DNA of 64,000 bases from Candidatus Limnocylindrales bacterium (GCA_049520815.1 JBEKPL010000007.1:3-64002), one strand, 5' to 3'; positions 40,652 through 50,839 are shown, counted from the first letter of the stretch. Notes: generated by a model not told the origin, from the letters alone. A program made the numbers and translations.

Positions 40652-41119
40652 CTACGCGCCGGCGGCTTCCTCCGCCTCCTCCGCCTCCAGCCGTTTCTTG
40701 AGCGAGGCGAAGCCTTGCTCCGCTGCCCCCTGGAGCGGCCCCTGGATCATCGACTCGAAGGCTCCGAGCATCCCCCCCAGGGTGGCGTCGGCAACCCATG
40801 TCGTGCGCGTCAGCTTCGGACCCAGCTCGACCAGCTCGATCGATCCGGTGCCGTTGATCGGGCCGCCCATGAGGGCACCTGCCACGGTGGCCGCGATCCG
40901 ATTCGGCTCGTCGACCTCGGTCAGTTCCAAGGCCAGGACCACGTTCATGGGCATCGCCGCCGATGGCGCCGAGACGGTGACCCGATAGTGACGGTCGTCG
41001 ATCTTCTCGATCTGGGCCTGGCCCGACGTGTTGGACTCGGCAGCCCGGTTCGGGTTGCTGAGGGTCTCCCAGACCCGCTGGCGGCTGGCGGCGATCTCGG
41101 TCTCTCCGGCGAGATGCAT
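40652..41119 (-). CDS. SRPBCC-fold protein (CoxG-like)
   Basis: MHLAGETEIAASRQRVWETLSNPN... is typical of the CoxG/SRPBCC N-terminus. 155 aa. Confidence 0.7.
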   Translation of the reverse strand: MHLAGETEIAASRQRVWETLSNPNRAAESNTSGQAQIEKIDDRHYRVTVSAPSAAMPMNVVLALELTEVDEPNRIAATVAGALMGGPINGTGSIELVELGPKLTRTTWVADATLGGMLGAFESMIQGPLQGAAEQGFASLKKRLEAEEAEEAAGA

Positions 41120-41350
41120 TGGGGTCCTCCTGGTGGCGGCTGGGCCCCCTGCGAGGAGGGGCTGGGATTGGATCGTAGCCGGTCGGGGCCCTGCACGGCC
41201 GGGTCTCGCGGCCAGGCTCTCTCCTGACCGTTGACCCGCGACGAGTCACGCTCGTACGCTTGGGCGCGACGAACACACACACAGGCTCCGCCTCGTGCGT
41301 CCCTGGATCCCGAGGCGGGCCCGCGAGAGTGGCACACGGAGGTCGGGCCA

Positions 41351-42352
41351 ATGCCGCTGCGCTCCGGCGCGGTTGAATCGCGTTTCGCGACCCCCACGGG
41401 ACTCCGGCGGCTGCCAGGCCGGTGGCCTGGCAGCCGATTCCGGACGGCGGTCTCGGACCCGGCCGAGCCATGGGAAACCCCGATCTCACGCGTAGAAGCC
41501 GCCTGGCTTCCGGGCCGGCCATTCCGGCCCTCCGATATCAGCCAGGTGCCCCCCGCCGCGCTGGCGGCTCTCGGATCCGATTGCGGACCGCTGCCGCTCG
41601 ATAGCCTCTTCGTCGTACCCCGGACCACACGCCTGATCGGTCCCAGGCAATGCGTCCTGACGCCGGCCAAGGTCCTCGCCTTCGGCGATGGCGCCGTAGG
41701 CCTCTGGATCGATGACGGGCCGGGCCGCGTCATCGCGATTCCCATCGACCGGCTGATGGCTATAGACGATCGCCAGATCCTTCTCCACGGCCGGCTGCGG
41801 CTGATCGCCGTGGAAGGCGACCTGGTCGTCAGGTACAACACCACGGAGCGCGCCGACCTGCGAGACAACCTCGCCTGGCTCCGCCGCCGGGTGGCGACGA
41901 CGTCGGTGCCGACCGGATCCGGATTCCTGTGGCTGAGCCGGCGCGGTGAGCAGAACGATCCCCAGAGGCTGCCCTTCAAGTGGCGGTTCCTGCTGCAGTA
42001 CTCGTCCCTGCTGGTGGAACCAGGCGAGGAGGCCCTCGTCGCGGCCGGCGACGTAGCCGAGATTCGCGGTCGCCGGTCGGGGCCCGCCTCCGGCGTCGCC
42101 GTGCTGGCCTCCAGGGAACTCGCGATCGCATCCGAACCGGGTGAGTACCTAGAAGGCGGGCGGTACGGCGTCGACTTGTTGGCGGTTCCGCGCGACCGCC
42201 TGGAGTCCCTGGCCTGGGACGGTCGCTTCCTGACGGTCCGGCTCGCCCGCCGGGACACTGACTCCGGTTCGACCTCGATAGCCTTGCCGCTCGACCGGCA
42301 CCTGATTGAAGCGATGCGGCGGGTGTTCGGAGCCGCGGTCGCCTGGTCTTGA
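41351..42352 (+). CDS. hypothetical protein
   Basis: Long ORF with high GC3. Start placed at ATG 41351, 8-10 nt after GGAGG. No recognised motifs. Confidence 0.5.
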   Translation: MPLRSGAVESRFATPTGLRRLPGRWPGSRFRTAVSDPAEPWETPISRVEAAWLPGRPFRPSDISQVPPAALAALGSDCGPLPLDSLFVVPRTTRLIGPRQCVLTPAKVLAFGDGAVGLWIDDGPGRVIAIPIDRLMAIDDRQILLHGRLRLIAVEGDLVVRYNTTERADLRDNLAWLRRRVATTSVPTGSGFLWLSRRGEQNDPQRLPFKWRFLLQYSSLLVEPGEEALVAAGDVAEIRGRRSGPASGVAVLASRELAIASEPGEYLEGGRYGVDLLAVPRDRLESLAWDGRFLTVRLARRDTDSGSTSIALPLDRHLIEAMRRVFGAAVAWS

Positions 42353-42455
42353 ACTCGGGCGATGAGGCGGAGCACCCGCGTTCGGGCTGCCCCGCCTTAC
42401 GCGCCGCTTACAAACGGCCCGCGGATCGTGGACCTCCGGACGTATCCTGGCCTTC

Positions 42456-43196
42456 ATGAAGACGATCCTCGTCGTGGACGACGAGCGCAACATCGTCGAG
42501 CTGGTTCGGCTGTACCTCGAGAAGGATGGCTACGCCGTCGCGACCGCAGCGGACGGCGAGCAGGCCTTGATCCAGTTCGAGCGCAGCGACCCCGACCTGG
42601 TAGTGCTGGACCTGATGCTGCCGAGGATGGATGGCTTCGAGGTCTGCAGGGAAATCCGCCGGCGCGGCGACGTGCCGATCCTCATGCTGACCGCCCGCTC
42701 CGAGGACATCGACGCGATCGTAGGCCTGGAGCTCGGAGCGGACGACTACGTGACCAAGCCGTTCAATCCACGAGCCCTGGTGGCGCGAGTGAAGGCGATC
42801 CTGCGCCGGACCGAGGCGACGGCCAAGGGCAGCCGGCCCTTCCACGTCGGCAACCTGCGCATCGATCCCCGCCGGCGCGAGGCCTACGTCGGCGACCGCC
42901 GCATCGATCTCCGCGCCCGGGAATTCGACCTGCTGGCCGCCCTGGCGCGCGACCCGGGCGTGGTTCTGACCCGCGACGCACTCCTCGAGGGCGTATGGGG
43001 TACCGACTTCCCGGGCGAGACGCGGACCGTGGACGTTCACATCGCGGAGGTGCGCAAGAAGCTCGGCGACGACGGCCCGCAAGTGGAGACGGTCCGGGGC
43101 ATCGGCTACCGTCTCGTGCCGCCGCCCCGGGGCACGGCCACCACGGCCGGGGCCGAGGCGACCGCCGCCTCCGATCGCTCCCCCACTCTGGACTAG
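42456..43196 (+). CDS. OmpR-family two-component response regulator
   Basis: Receiver domain (ILVVDDE...DLVVLDLMLP.MDG) plus a winged-helix domain (TVDVHI..VRKKL...I.TVRG.GY). Confidence 0.93.
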   Translation: MKTILVVDDERNIVELVRLYLEKDGYAVATAADGEQALIQFERSDPDLVVLDLMLPRMDGFEVCREIRRRGDVPILMLTARSEDIDAIVGLELGADDYVTKPFNPRALVARVKAILRRTEATAKGSRPFHVGNLRIDPRRREAYVGDRRIDLRAREFDLLAALARDPGVVLTRDALLEGVWGTDFPGETRTVDVHIAEVRKKLGDDGPQVETVRGIGYRLVPPPRGTATTAGAEATAASDRSPTLD

Positions 43197-43206
43197 GAGC
43201 GCGCCG

Positions 43207-44661
43207 ATGATCCCGCGCGGCCTGACGGGCCGGATCGTCCTGGCGTTCGTGGGGTTGGGCGTCGCGTTGCTGATTGCCGTCAGCGCCAGCCTGTTCCTGG
43301 TGCTGCGCGACGCTCACCAGGCCGAGACAAAGTCGTCCCTGGGCAACCAGGTCGTGCTCATCCAAGCTGCCGTGTTCCTCCACCAGCCGGCGGGAGTCGG
43401 CCAGGCGCAGATCCAGCAAGCCATCAGCGACTATTCGGGCCCCATCGTCGCCGACGGCGGCTACATCATCATCCTGGGCCCAAAGGGCGCGACCAGGTTC
43501 GTCGTCGGCAATCCATCCTCGATGGACGTCCCCGCGGCGCCGACGGGCTCTGCCCCGACCAGGGTCGACACGTTCAAGACGGCCGACGGAAAGCAGTACA
43601 TATACATCGAGCCGAACACGAGCGGGACCCGCGGATTCACGCTGTACGTCGCGGTCCCTGACCGTTCGGCCCAGCGGGCGTTGAGCGACCTGTCTCGAGC
43701 GCTCGTCATCGTGGTGATCGTCCTGCTTCTCGTGGGTGTGCCGATCGCCTGGCTCCTGTCACGCTCGATGACCGGCCCGATGCGGCGCCTCGCCCAGGCG
43801 GCCAGCGACCTGCCAACCCGATCGGGCGAGTCGGCGCCTCTGCCCGTTGAGGGACCGACCGAGGTCAGGGCCCTGACCGAGCGGTTCAACGCCATGGCCC
43901 GCGAGCTCGCGGCCACGCGGCACGAGGAGACGCAGATGCTGGCCAACCTGCGCCACGATCTGCGGACGCCGCTCACCAGCATCGCCGGCTTCGCCGAGGC
44001 GATCGCCGACGGAACCGCTTCCGGCGACCGAGCCACCGCGGCCGCCCGGACCATCGCCGAGGAGGCGCAGCGCCTGGAGCGGCTGGTCGGCGAACTGGGA
44101 GTGGTCGAACGACTGCGCGAAGGACCGGCGGCGCTGCGGCCCGAGGAGCTCGACGCCACGGCCCTGCTCGAGGACGCCGCCGCGCGCTTCGAAGTCAGAG
44201 CCGCCGCGCAGGGCGTCAAATTCGAGGTGTCCGGCGCCGCTCCCGGCGAGCCCGAGCTTGCCTTCACGGGTGACAGGCTCGCGGCGGAGCGGATCCTCCA
44301 GAACCTCGTCGTGAACGCCTTGTCTGTCCTGCCGAAGGGCGGGCACGTGTGGCTGCGGGCGACTCGGCTCCAGCTCCCCGGTCGACCGCTCAGGATCTCC
44401 ATGAGCGTCACCGACGACGGCCCCGGCTTCCCGCCGGGCACCATCGAGAAGGTCTTCGAGCGTTTCTACAGAGCCAATCCCTCTCGCAGCGGCGGCGGCT
44501 CCGGCCTCGGACTGGCCATCGTCCGCGAACTGGCGAGGGCTCACGGCGGCGAGGCCTGGGCGGAGAACGTCGCGCCGCACGGGGCCCGGGTATCCGTGCT
44601 GCTGCCCATAGTGCCCCTGATCCCCCTCGAAGCGAGCGAGGCGGCCGCCGTCGACGAGTAG
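43207..44661 (+). CDS. sensor histidine kinase
   Basis: Two TM segments, HAMP, H-box (NLRHDLRTPLTSI), N-box and G-boxes (DDGPGF, GGGSGLGLAIV). Confidence 0.9.
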   Translation: MIPRGLTGRIVLAFVGLGVALLIAVSASLFLVLRDAHQAETKSSLGNQVVLIQAAVFLHQPAGVGQAQIQQAISDYSGPIVADGGYIIILGPKGATRFVVGNPSSMDVPAAPTGSAPTRVDTFKTADGKQYIYIEPNTSGTRGFTLYVAVPDRSAQRALSDLSRALVIVVIVLLLVGVPIAWLLSRSMTGPMRRLAQAASDLPTRSGESAPLPVEGPTEVRALTERFNAMARELAATRHEETQMLANLRHDLRTPLTSIAGFAEAIADGTASGDRATAAARTIAEEAQRLERLVGELGVVERLREGPAALRPEELDATALLEDAAARFEVRAAAQGVKFEVSGAAPGEPELAFTGDRLAAERILQNLVVNALSVLPKGGHVWLRATRLQLPGRPLRISMSVTDDGPGFPPGTIEKVFERFYRANPSRSGGGSGLGLAIVRELARAHGGEAWAENVAPHGARVSVLLPIVPLIPLEASEAAAVDE

Positions 44662-44721
44662 CGCCCGGCCGCACCGGCGCCCGTCGCAAGCAAAGTTCGA
44701 GGCCCCGCTATCCTTCCACGC

Positions 44722-45762
44722 GTGAGCGAACCGACGACCGCCGCCGGACCACCGGCCGAGATTTCCCACCTTGTCCGCGAGCGGATGGAGGCCCGGGCTC
44801 GCCGCGACTGGGCCGCGGCCGACGCCCTGAAGGCACAGATCGAGGCCGCGGGCTGGCGCGTCACGGACAGTGGGCGGCGGAGCAGCGTGAGCCCCGCCGC
44901 GGCCACGACTCTCGAGGTCGCAGGCGAGTTGCGCTACGGTTCCGCAGCTGCGGTTCCGTCCGTTCTCGACGAGCCGGCAACCGCTGCCTGGACGGTGGCG
45001 ATCGTGGCCTCGGAGACGCCGGACCGCGTCTCGCGGCTGCTGGCCGCGCTTCGCGCCCATGCCCCGGGCGGAACCCAGGTCGTGGTCGTAGCCAATGACC
45101 CGAGCGACTCCCAGGCAGCAGCGCTCCAGCTCGCAGCGCCGGACCGGGCACCGATCGGAGGGAGCGTCCCGGAAGTCCTCCGCACCTCGAAGCGGCTGGG
45201 CTTCGCCGCCGCGCTGAACATAGGACTGCGCCGCGCGGCGGGCGAGGTCGTCCTCCTGGCCGACGGCACGGCCTGGCCCACCGGCGACGCCCTGTCCCCG
45301 CTTGCGGCCGCGCTGGCCGCTCCGGCGGTCGCGGCCGCCGGTGGCTTCGGCCTCGTAGCACCCGAGCAAGGCCCGCTCCGGCCCAACGCGCTGCAGAGGC
45401 CGGATGCTCCGCCGGCGGCCCAGGACGTGGTAGCTCTCGAGGCCGGCTGGCTGGCCTTCCGCCGATCCGACTACCGCGCGCTCGGACCGCTCGACGAGCA
45501 CTTCCTCACGCCGGCGTGGCTAGACGTCTGGTGGACGCTTCGCCTCCGCGTCGGGGTCGAACCCAAAGCCGAGGCCGAGCCGCCGAGCACGGGGAACGAA
45601 GGGGTGGACCCAGGCGAGCCGCCACCGGTGCGTCGGGCCGTTCGCCTCGAGCTACCGCTCGCCCGCGAGGAGGTCCCGTGGCCGCCGGATCGGTCGCGCC
45701 TCAACCGCCGGAACATGTACCGCGTCCTCGATCGCTTCGGCCCCCGCGACGACCTGGCCTGA
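44722..45762 (+). CDS. glycosyltransferase-family-2-like protein with an N-terminal helical motif resembling the CysRS C-terminal tail
   Basis: The N-terminus is ARARRDWAAADALKAQIEAAGWRV. A GT-A-like core follows (VAIVASE...VVVVANDPSD...LLADG). GTG start. Confidence 0.55.
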   Translation: MSEPTTAAGPPAEISHLVRERMEARARRDWAAADALKAQIEAAGWRVTDSGRRSSVSPAAATTLEVAGELRYGSAAAVPSVLDEPATAAWTVAIVASETPDRVSRLLAALRAHAPGGTQVVVVANDPSDSQAAALQLAAPDRAPIGGSVPEVLRTSKRLGFAAALNIGLRRAAGEVVLLADGTAWPTGDALSPLAAALAAPAVAAAGGFGLVAPEQGPLRPNALQRPDAPPAAQDVVALEAGWLAFRRSDYRALGPLDEHFLTPAWLDVWWTLRLRVGVEPKAEAEPPSTGNEGVDPGEPPPVRRAVRLELPLAREEVPWPPDRSRLNRRNMYRVLDRFGPRDDLA

Positions 45763-45768
45763 GCCGTT

Positions 45769-47091
45769 CTACCGGATGGTCAGGACAACGCTCGACTGGG
45801 CCGGGGCGGTGACCGCCTCCCACTGCTCGACGGCCGAACCGGCGGTCCCGTAGAAGTAGTGGTAGACCGGGTCCGCCTGCCACCGGCTCGTGCCGACCGC
45901 GACACCCACACCGAGGACTGCGAGCAAGGCGCCCACCCCGAGCACGCGCACGGCGATCGCCCGAGCCCTGCCGCCGCCCCCGCGCCGGCCCTGCCAGAGC
46001 GAGGCGAGGGTCGGAACCTGGGCCGGGGCAATGACCAGGGCCAGCCACAGCCCCGCCACGAGGCCTCCCACGTGACAGTAGTTGTCGACGTTAAGGAGGC
46101 CGGAGAACCCGATGGCCAGGTTCAACGCGATCAAAACGCCGATCTGCGAAGCGATCATTCGCGACTGCTGGTCCAGGACCGCGTGATGGAGACGAGTTGC
46201 CACCAGGACGACCCCAAACAGACCGAAGATCGCCCCCGACGCTCCGACGCTGGGAACGATCGGTCCGAACGCGTAGCTGGCAACCGACCCCGCCGCCGCG
46301 CAAATCAGGTAGAAGGCCAGCAGCAGCGACGACCCGTACATGCGCTCGACGAGCTGCCCCGCGAACCACAGCGCGTACATGTTCAGGGCCAGGTGTATGA
46401 GGCTGCCGTGAACCAGCGTGACGCTCAAGAGCCGGTACAACTCACCGTGGGCGATGGCCAGCTTGTCCAGCTCCAGTTGACCCCCGAGACTCGAGGTGTT
46501 GTCCGACAGAGCCGTCCACGAGGCCACCACCGTGACCGCGATGATCAGGTAGGTCATGAACGGCGGCAGCGCATCCCCGCGGCTGCGGGCGAAGTATCGA
46601 GTCGCAGCCCCGGCGTTGCCGGTCTCCTTGTTCAGCCAGCCCAGGCGTGAGGCGATCTCGGCGCGGTCCTCGCGTGGAGCGCGCTTCTCGCACTGGCGGT
46701 AGGCGTCCAGCGCGCCGGGCATGTCTCCTTCGCGGACCCGGGCCGCGGCGACCTGGCGCCAAGCCCGGTAGGCTACGGGCGTCTCGTCGAAGCTGGTAGC
46801 GCGCTCCCAGGCCTGGCGCGCCTCGCTCTCGCGGTCCAGCCGGTACAGGGCGTTGCCCATGCCGTAGTAGCCGGCAGCCGAGACGTCGCGGTCCGGCATC
46901 TCCGCCGCCCTCGAGTACACGGTCAGCGCCAGCTCCGGCTCGCTCTGCTCCATCAGGCCGTCCGCGTGGCTGAGCGCGGCGATGGCCGCCGCGCGATCCA
47001 GCGGCGTTGTCGTGGATGGGTCGAAGCCAGGCGGCAGCGGAGCGGACCCCTCTGGCCCAAGCCCTCTCGTTGTGCTGTCCATGGCTCGCAC
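45769..47091 (-). CDS. rhomboid-family intramembrane serine protease with an N-terminal TPR-like domain
   Basis: HGSLIHLALNMY, GASGAIFGLFG (catalytic Ser) and HVGGLVAG (catalytic His). The N-terminal roughly 170 aa is TPR-like. Confidence 0.85.
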   Translation of the reverse strand: MRAMDSTTRGLGPEGSAPLPPGFDPSTTTPLDRAAAIAALSHADGLMEQSEPELALTVYSRAAEMPDRDVSAAGYYGMGNALYRLDRESEARQAWERATSFDETPVAYRAWRQVAAARVREGDMPGALDAYRQCEKRAPREDRAEIASRLGWLNKETGNAGAATRYFARSRGDALPPFMTYLIIAVTVVASWTALSDNTSSLGGQLELDKLAIAHGELYRLLSVTLVHGSLIHLALNMYALWFAGQLVERMYGSSLLLAFYLICAAAGSVASYAFGPIVPSVGASGAIFGLFGVVLVATRLHHAVLDQQSRMIASQIGVLIALNLAIGFSGLLNVDNYCHVGGLVAGLWLALVIAPAQVPTLASLWQGRRGGGGRARAIAVRVLGVGALLAVLGVGVAVGTSRWQADPVYHYFYGTAGSAVEQWEAVTAPAQSSVVLTIR

Positions 47092-47193
47092 TCTACAGGA
47101 AGCGGAGGAACCGGAAGCGGCGGAGCCGGGGGCGACCGACCGAGCGGCCGGCCGAGCGACCGACCGAGCGGCCAGGACGCGGACCGACTCCCC

Positions 47194-47847
47194 TCAGTCG
47201 GCGACAGGCTCCCAGCCCGAAGTCGTGACCGCCTCCCGAAATGCCGCGGCCGGATCCACTCCGGCCTCGAGCGCACCCGCGAAGGTTCCGACCAATCGGC
47301 CGAACGAACCGTCGTCCTCTTCGGGCGCCTCCAGCACGGTCGTCTCGGGCGGCACCGACGGAGCCGCGCCACCCGTCGGTACCAGCACTATCAACCTGGC
47401 TGCAGAGAAGGCCGCGCCCGCGATTCCGGCCTCAACCGTCGACTCCGGCATAGGATCGGCCAGCACGATGACGCTCGCCCCGGGCAGGTAGCGCAGCGCC
47501 AGCTCGACGTCCTCGGCCTCCAGCGCGGGCCGGGCGGCGGGATCCTCGGGGAGCAGCCTGGTCTCCGGTCCGTCCGAACCCGCATCCGCCGAGTCGTCGC
47601 GCGGCGCCTCGGTCAGCACCGGCGTGGGGCGGGCCGGATCTCGCATCAGCGCGGCGTGGCCGATGCCAAGCCGGCCCAGGGCCACGACCACCGCGTCCCC
47701 CGCCCCATCGTTGCCGACCTTGCCTACCAGCTCCACCGTTCCGCCTCGACGCCCCGCGGCGGCAGCGACCTCGACCGCGAGACCGCCCGCGCACTCCTCA
47801 CCGTCCGGGCCATCGGCGTAGGCCGGAAGCCCCACCACGACGATCAT
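47194..47847 (-). CDS. PfkB/ribokinase-like protein, apparently degenerate
   Basis: IVVVG...GG.A...A.AA.R.GG.V.LVGKVGNDG resembles the PfkB N-terminus. The C-terminal DTxGAGD catalytic motif is replaced by EDDGSFGRL. ATGA overlap with the M16 gene. Confidence 0.5.
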   Translation of the reverse strand: MIVVVGLPAYADGPDGEECAGGLAVEVAAAAGRRGGTVELVGKVGNDGAGDAVVVALGRLGIGHAALMRDPARPTPVLTEAPRDDSADAGSDGPETRLLPEDPAARPALEAEDVELALRYLPGASVIVLADPMPESTVEAGIAGAAFSAARLIVLVPTGGAAPSVPPETTVLEAPEEDDGSFGRLVGTFAGALEAGVDPAAAFREAVTTSGWEPVAD

Positions 47848-49259
47848 TCGCCCTCCTCGCCGGACACACTCGCCGCGCCCAGGGGCGGGTCCTCGACGAT
47901 CACCTCGAGTTCGCCGAGGCCCGCCGACTCGAGCTCGCCGGCGACCGCGTCTGCGTCGCCGACCGCCACGATCGCAATCCGATCGAGATCTATGTGCTCG
48001 TGGGCAGCGGCCTGCACGTCGGCGACGGTGACCGCCTCTGTCGCGTCGCGGTAGCGAGCCAGCTCGTCGTCGGGCAGCTCGTGCACGAAGAGCCCGGCCA
48101 GAGCCCCAACGACGGCACCGGGCGTCTCGAAGCGCAGCGGGAAGACTCCCACCAGGTAGTCGCGCGCGGCCGCGAGTTCCGCCTTCGTCACCGCCGTCTC
48201 GCGGATCCGGCGCAGCTCGGACAGCGTCTCGATGATCGCCGGGACCGTGGCCGCCGTCTGAACGGCCGTCCGGACGGCGAACGGGCCGGCGCCCCGGCGC
48301 ATGTCGAAGCCCGCCCCCACGCCGTAGGTGTAGCCCTTGTCCTCGCGCAGGTTCATCTGGAGTCGCGAGTTGAAGAGGCCGCCTAGGATGGCCGCCATGA
48401 CCCCGACGGCATGGAAGTCGGGCACCAGCCGTGGAAGGCCGACGTGGCCGATCCGCAGCTCCGTCTGGACCGAGCCCGGCCGGTGGTAGAAGCGCACGAC
48501 CGGTCGAGCCACGGCCGAAGCGGCGGGGGGCGATGCCGTCGCGGTAACCGGCGGCGTGGCACCCCCGAGGGAGCCGAACACCCGCTCGCCCAGTTTCGGT
48601 ACGGCGAGCCCCGTGAGATCTCCGCCCACGATCAGCGCCGCGCGACCGGGCGCCAGGATCGATGCGTGGACCGCCCGCAGCGCGTCGGGCGAGAGGCGGA
48701 TCACCGCCTCCTCGTCGCCGCCGGCCGGCCGCGCGTACGGCGAGTCCGGCGCATAGATGGTCGCGGAGAAGGCCCGCTCTACGCGTCGACGTGGGTCGGC
48801 TCTGGCCTGCATCAGGTCGTTGAGACGCTCGTCACGCAGGCGGGCAACGTCCGGCTCTGGGAACGTGGGCCGCTCGGCCAGTTCTGCCAGCAGCTCGAGG
48901 GCGGCCTCCAGACGTGGCGCCGCCACCTCCACCGCGGCCACGAACGCGTCCCACGTCGCATCAACGTGGAGAGTGGCGCCCAGTCGCTCGGCAGCCTCGA
49001 TAAGCTCCACGCCCGGGTAGCGCTCCGTCCCCTCGGTCATCGCCCGCGCCGCCAGGACCGTCGCTCCCGCGAGATCCCGAGGCTCGTCGCCGGCGCCCCA
49101 TCGGAAGACCAGATTCGCCGACACGAGCGGCCGGCCCGGAACGTGGACGGCCAGCACCTGCAGGCCGGAGGGCAGCACCGTCCGCTCGAAAGCCGGGAAG
49201 CGGTAGGTCCGGGGCTGGCCCGGCGACGGTCGCTCGGCCAGGATCTCCTCGAGCGTCAT
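47844..49259 (-). CDS. M16-family peptidase-like protein (no HxxEH motif; non-catalytic partner)
   Basis: Starts at ATG 49259 (MTLEEILAERP) in an ATGA overlap with the upstream M16 gene. Has the M16 fold pattern but no zinc motif seen. The 827-aa ORF in the track is an Arg/Gly-rich artefactual extension. Confidence 0.85.
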   Translation of the reverse strand: MTLEEILAERPSPGQPRTYRFPAFERTVLPSGLQVLAVHVPGRPLVSANLVFRWGAGDEPRDLAGATVLAARAMTEGTERYPGVELIEAAERLGATLHVDATWDAFVAAVEVAAPRLEAALELLAELAERPTFPEPDVARLRDERLNDLMQARADPRRRVERAFSATIYAPDSPYARPAGGDEEAVIRLSPDALRAVHASILAPGRAALIVGGDLTGLAVPKLGERVFGSLGGATPPVTATASPPAASAVARPVVRFYHRPGSVQTELRIGHVGLPRLVPDFHAVGVMAAILGGLFNSRLQMNLREDKGYTYGVGAGFDMRRGAGPFAVRTAVQTAATVPAIIETLSELRRIRETAVTKAELAAARDYLVGVFPLRFETPGAVVGALAGLFVHELPDDELARYRDATEAVTVADVQAAAHEHIDLDRIAIVAVGDADAVAGELESAGLGELEVIVEDPPLGAASVSGEEGE

Positions 49260-50620
49260 GCCGCCGTCTCCTCGTCCGTGGCGCCGTCCGTGGCGCCGTT
49301 CCCTGCCGCGGTGGCGGGCACGTACGTCAGCACCACCCGGTTCTCCGGGCGGAGCACCTCGGCGGCCGCGGCCTGGATCTCGGCCTTGCCCACGGCCAGG
49401 TACCGGCCGAGCTGGCGGTTGATCAGGCCCGGATCGTCGAGCAACGTGGCGTACATCGACAGCCGATCCGCGCGCTCGTCGACCCGCTGCAGAGCCTCCA
49501 GCTCGTATGTTTCGATAAGGGCGCGGGCCCGGGCCAGCTCGTCGTCTGTGATCGGTTCCCGTCCCAACCGCTCCAGCTCCTCCTCGAAGACACGCTCCAC
49601 CAACGCCGCATCGACTCCCGGACGCACGGTGGCCTGACCGGCCGCGACCGACGCCCCGCCGACCAGTCCAAGCGAGAAGAAGGACACGTCCTGGGCGATC
49701 TTCTCGTCTCGCACCAGGCGCCTGTACAACCGGCTCCCCTTGCCGCCGGCGAGAATCTGCGCGGCGACCTCCAGAGCGTCGAAGCGGGCATCTCCCAGGC
49801 GTGGTGCCCGGAAGCCGAAGAAGTGGCGCGGAAGCGGGACCCGGTCTTGGACCACCTCGCGCGACTCGCCACCCAGGACCGGCGGCAGGCTCATGTCGGC
49901 GAGCGGCGGAATCGCCCGATTCGCCGGAATCGGGCCGAAGTAGCGCTCCACCCAGGCCCGCGCCTGCGCCGGCTCCACGTCCCCCACGACGGACAGGACC
50001 GCGTTGTTGGGGACGTAGTAGGTTCGGAAGAACGCGGCCACGTCCTCCAACGACGCCGCGTCCAGATCCGCCATCGACCCGATCGTGGGGTGGTGATACG
50101 GATGCTCCGGTGGAAAGAGGTGCGCCTGCAGCCTGTGGAACCAGTCGCCGTAGGGCCGGTTGTCGTAGCTCGAGCGCTTCTCGTTCTTGACCACGTCGCG
50201 CTGGTTGTCCAGGTTCTCCTGGCTCAGGGCGTCGAGCAGAGTGGCCATCCGGTCCGCCTCGAGCCACAGCGCCAGCTCGAGCTGGTGACTCGGCATCGTC
50301 TCGAAGTAGCTCGTCCGGTCCAGCCACGTGGTGCCGTTCATCGTCCCACCCGCGGCCTGGACGAGGGCCATGTGCTCCGCCTTCGCCACGTGGCGCGAGC
50401 CCTGGAACATGACATGCTCGAAGAGGTGGGCGAAGCCGGTCTTGCCCGGAACCTCATGCTTGGAGCCGACGTTGTACCAGACGTTGACCGCCACGACCGG
50501 CGCCAGGTGATCTTCCGAGACGATCAGGCGAAGGCCGTTGGCCAGGCGTTCGTCAGTGAAGCTGACGCTCGGGGCGGTCATGCGGTCCAGTTCCTCACGG
50601 CGGCGGTGGACCCGCGGCAC
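49256..50620 (-). CDS. M16-family zinc metallopeptidase (pitrilysin-like)
   Basis: Inverted zinc motif HLFEH within GFAHLFEHVMFQGS. About 450 aa. The start may instead be the internal ATG at 50581. Confidence 0.88.
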   Translation of the reverse strand: MPRVHRRREELDRMTAPSVSFTDERLANGLRLIVSEDHLAPVVAVNVWYNVGSKHEVPGKTGFAHLFEHVMFQGSRHVAKAEHMALVQAAGGTMNGTTWLDRTSYFETMPSHQLELALWLEADRMATLLDALSQENLDNQRDVVKNEKRSSYDNRPYGDWFHRLQAHLFPPEHPYHHPTIGSMADLDAASLEDVAAFFRTYYVPNNAVLSVVGDVEPAQARAWVERYFGPIPANRAIPPLADMSLPPVLGGESREVVQDRVPLPRHFFGFRAPRLGDARFDALEVAAQILAGGKGSRLYRRLVRDEKIAQDVSFFSLGLVGGASVAAGQATVRPGVDAALVERVFEEELERLGREPITDDELARARALIETYELEALQRVDERADRLSMYATLLDDPGLINRQLGRYLAVGKAEIQAAAAEVLRPENRVVLTYVPATAAGNGATDGATDEETAA

Positions 50621-50797
50621 GGGGCGCCAACGCGGGTGGAGGCATTGTACCGGCCGCGGCCGACCACTCCCCGCAGGCGGCAGCGCGAAGTCTTCATGCC
50701 GATCCTCCAGCCACCGCCAACGCCGGCCCGGTAACCCGTCCGGCCATCAGATTATGGCTTCCGCAAGGCGCGTCCGGTATTGACTTTGGCACCGAGG

Positions 50798-50819
50798 CTG
50801 TTAGTCTTCCATCTAACAG
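50798..50819. promoter_or_regulatory. candidate ArsR-type operator (autoregulatory)
   Basis: Perfect inverted repeat CTGTTAG-N8-CTAACAG, 20 nt upstream of ATG 50840. An extra GTTAG half-site lies at 50822-50826. Confidence 0.5.
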
Positions 50820-50839
50820 GAGTTAGAGGCACAGCAACA

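Noticed and set aside
43759-45501. 580-aa ORF on the minus strand
   Set aside because: It is antisense to the histidine kinase and GT2-like genes. It is Arg/Gly-rich and has no recognisable domain.
49260-50327. N-terminal 350-aa extension of the 827-aa ORF 47844..50327
   Set aside because: The extension is Arg/Gly/Pro-rich and lies out of frame over the upstream M16 gene. The real start is ATG 49259, in an ATGA overlap.
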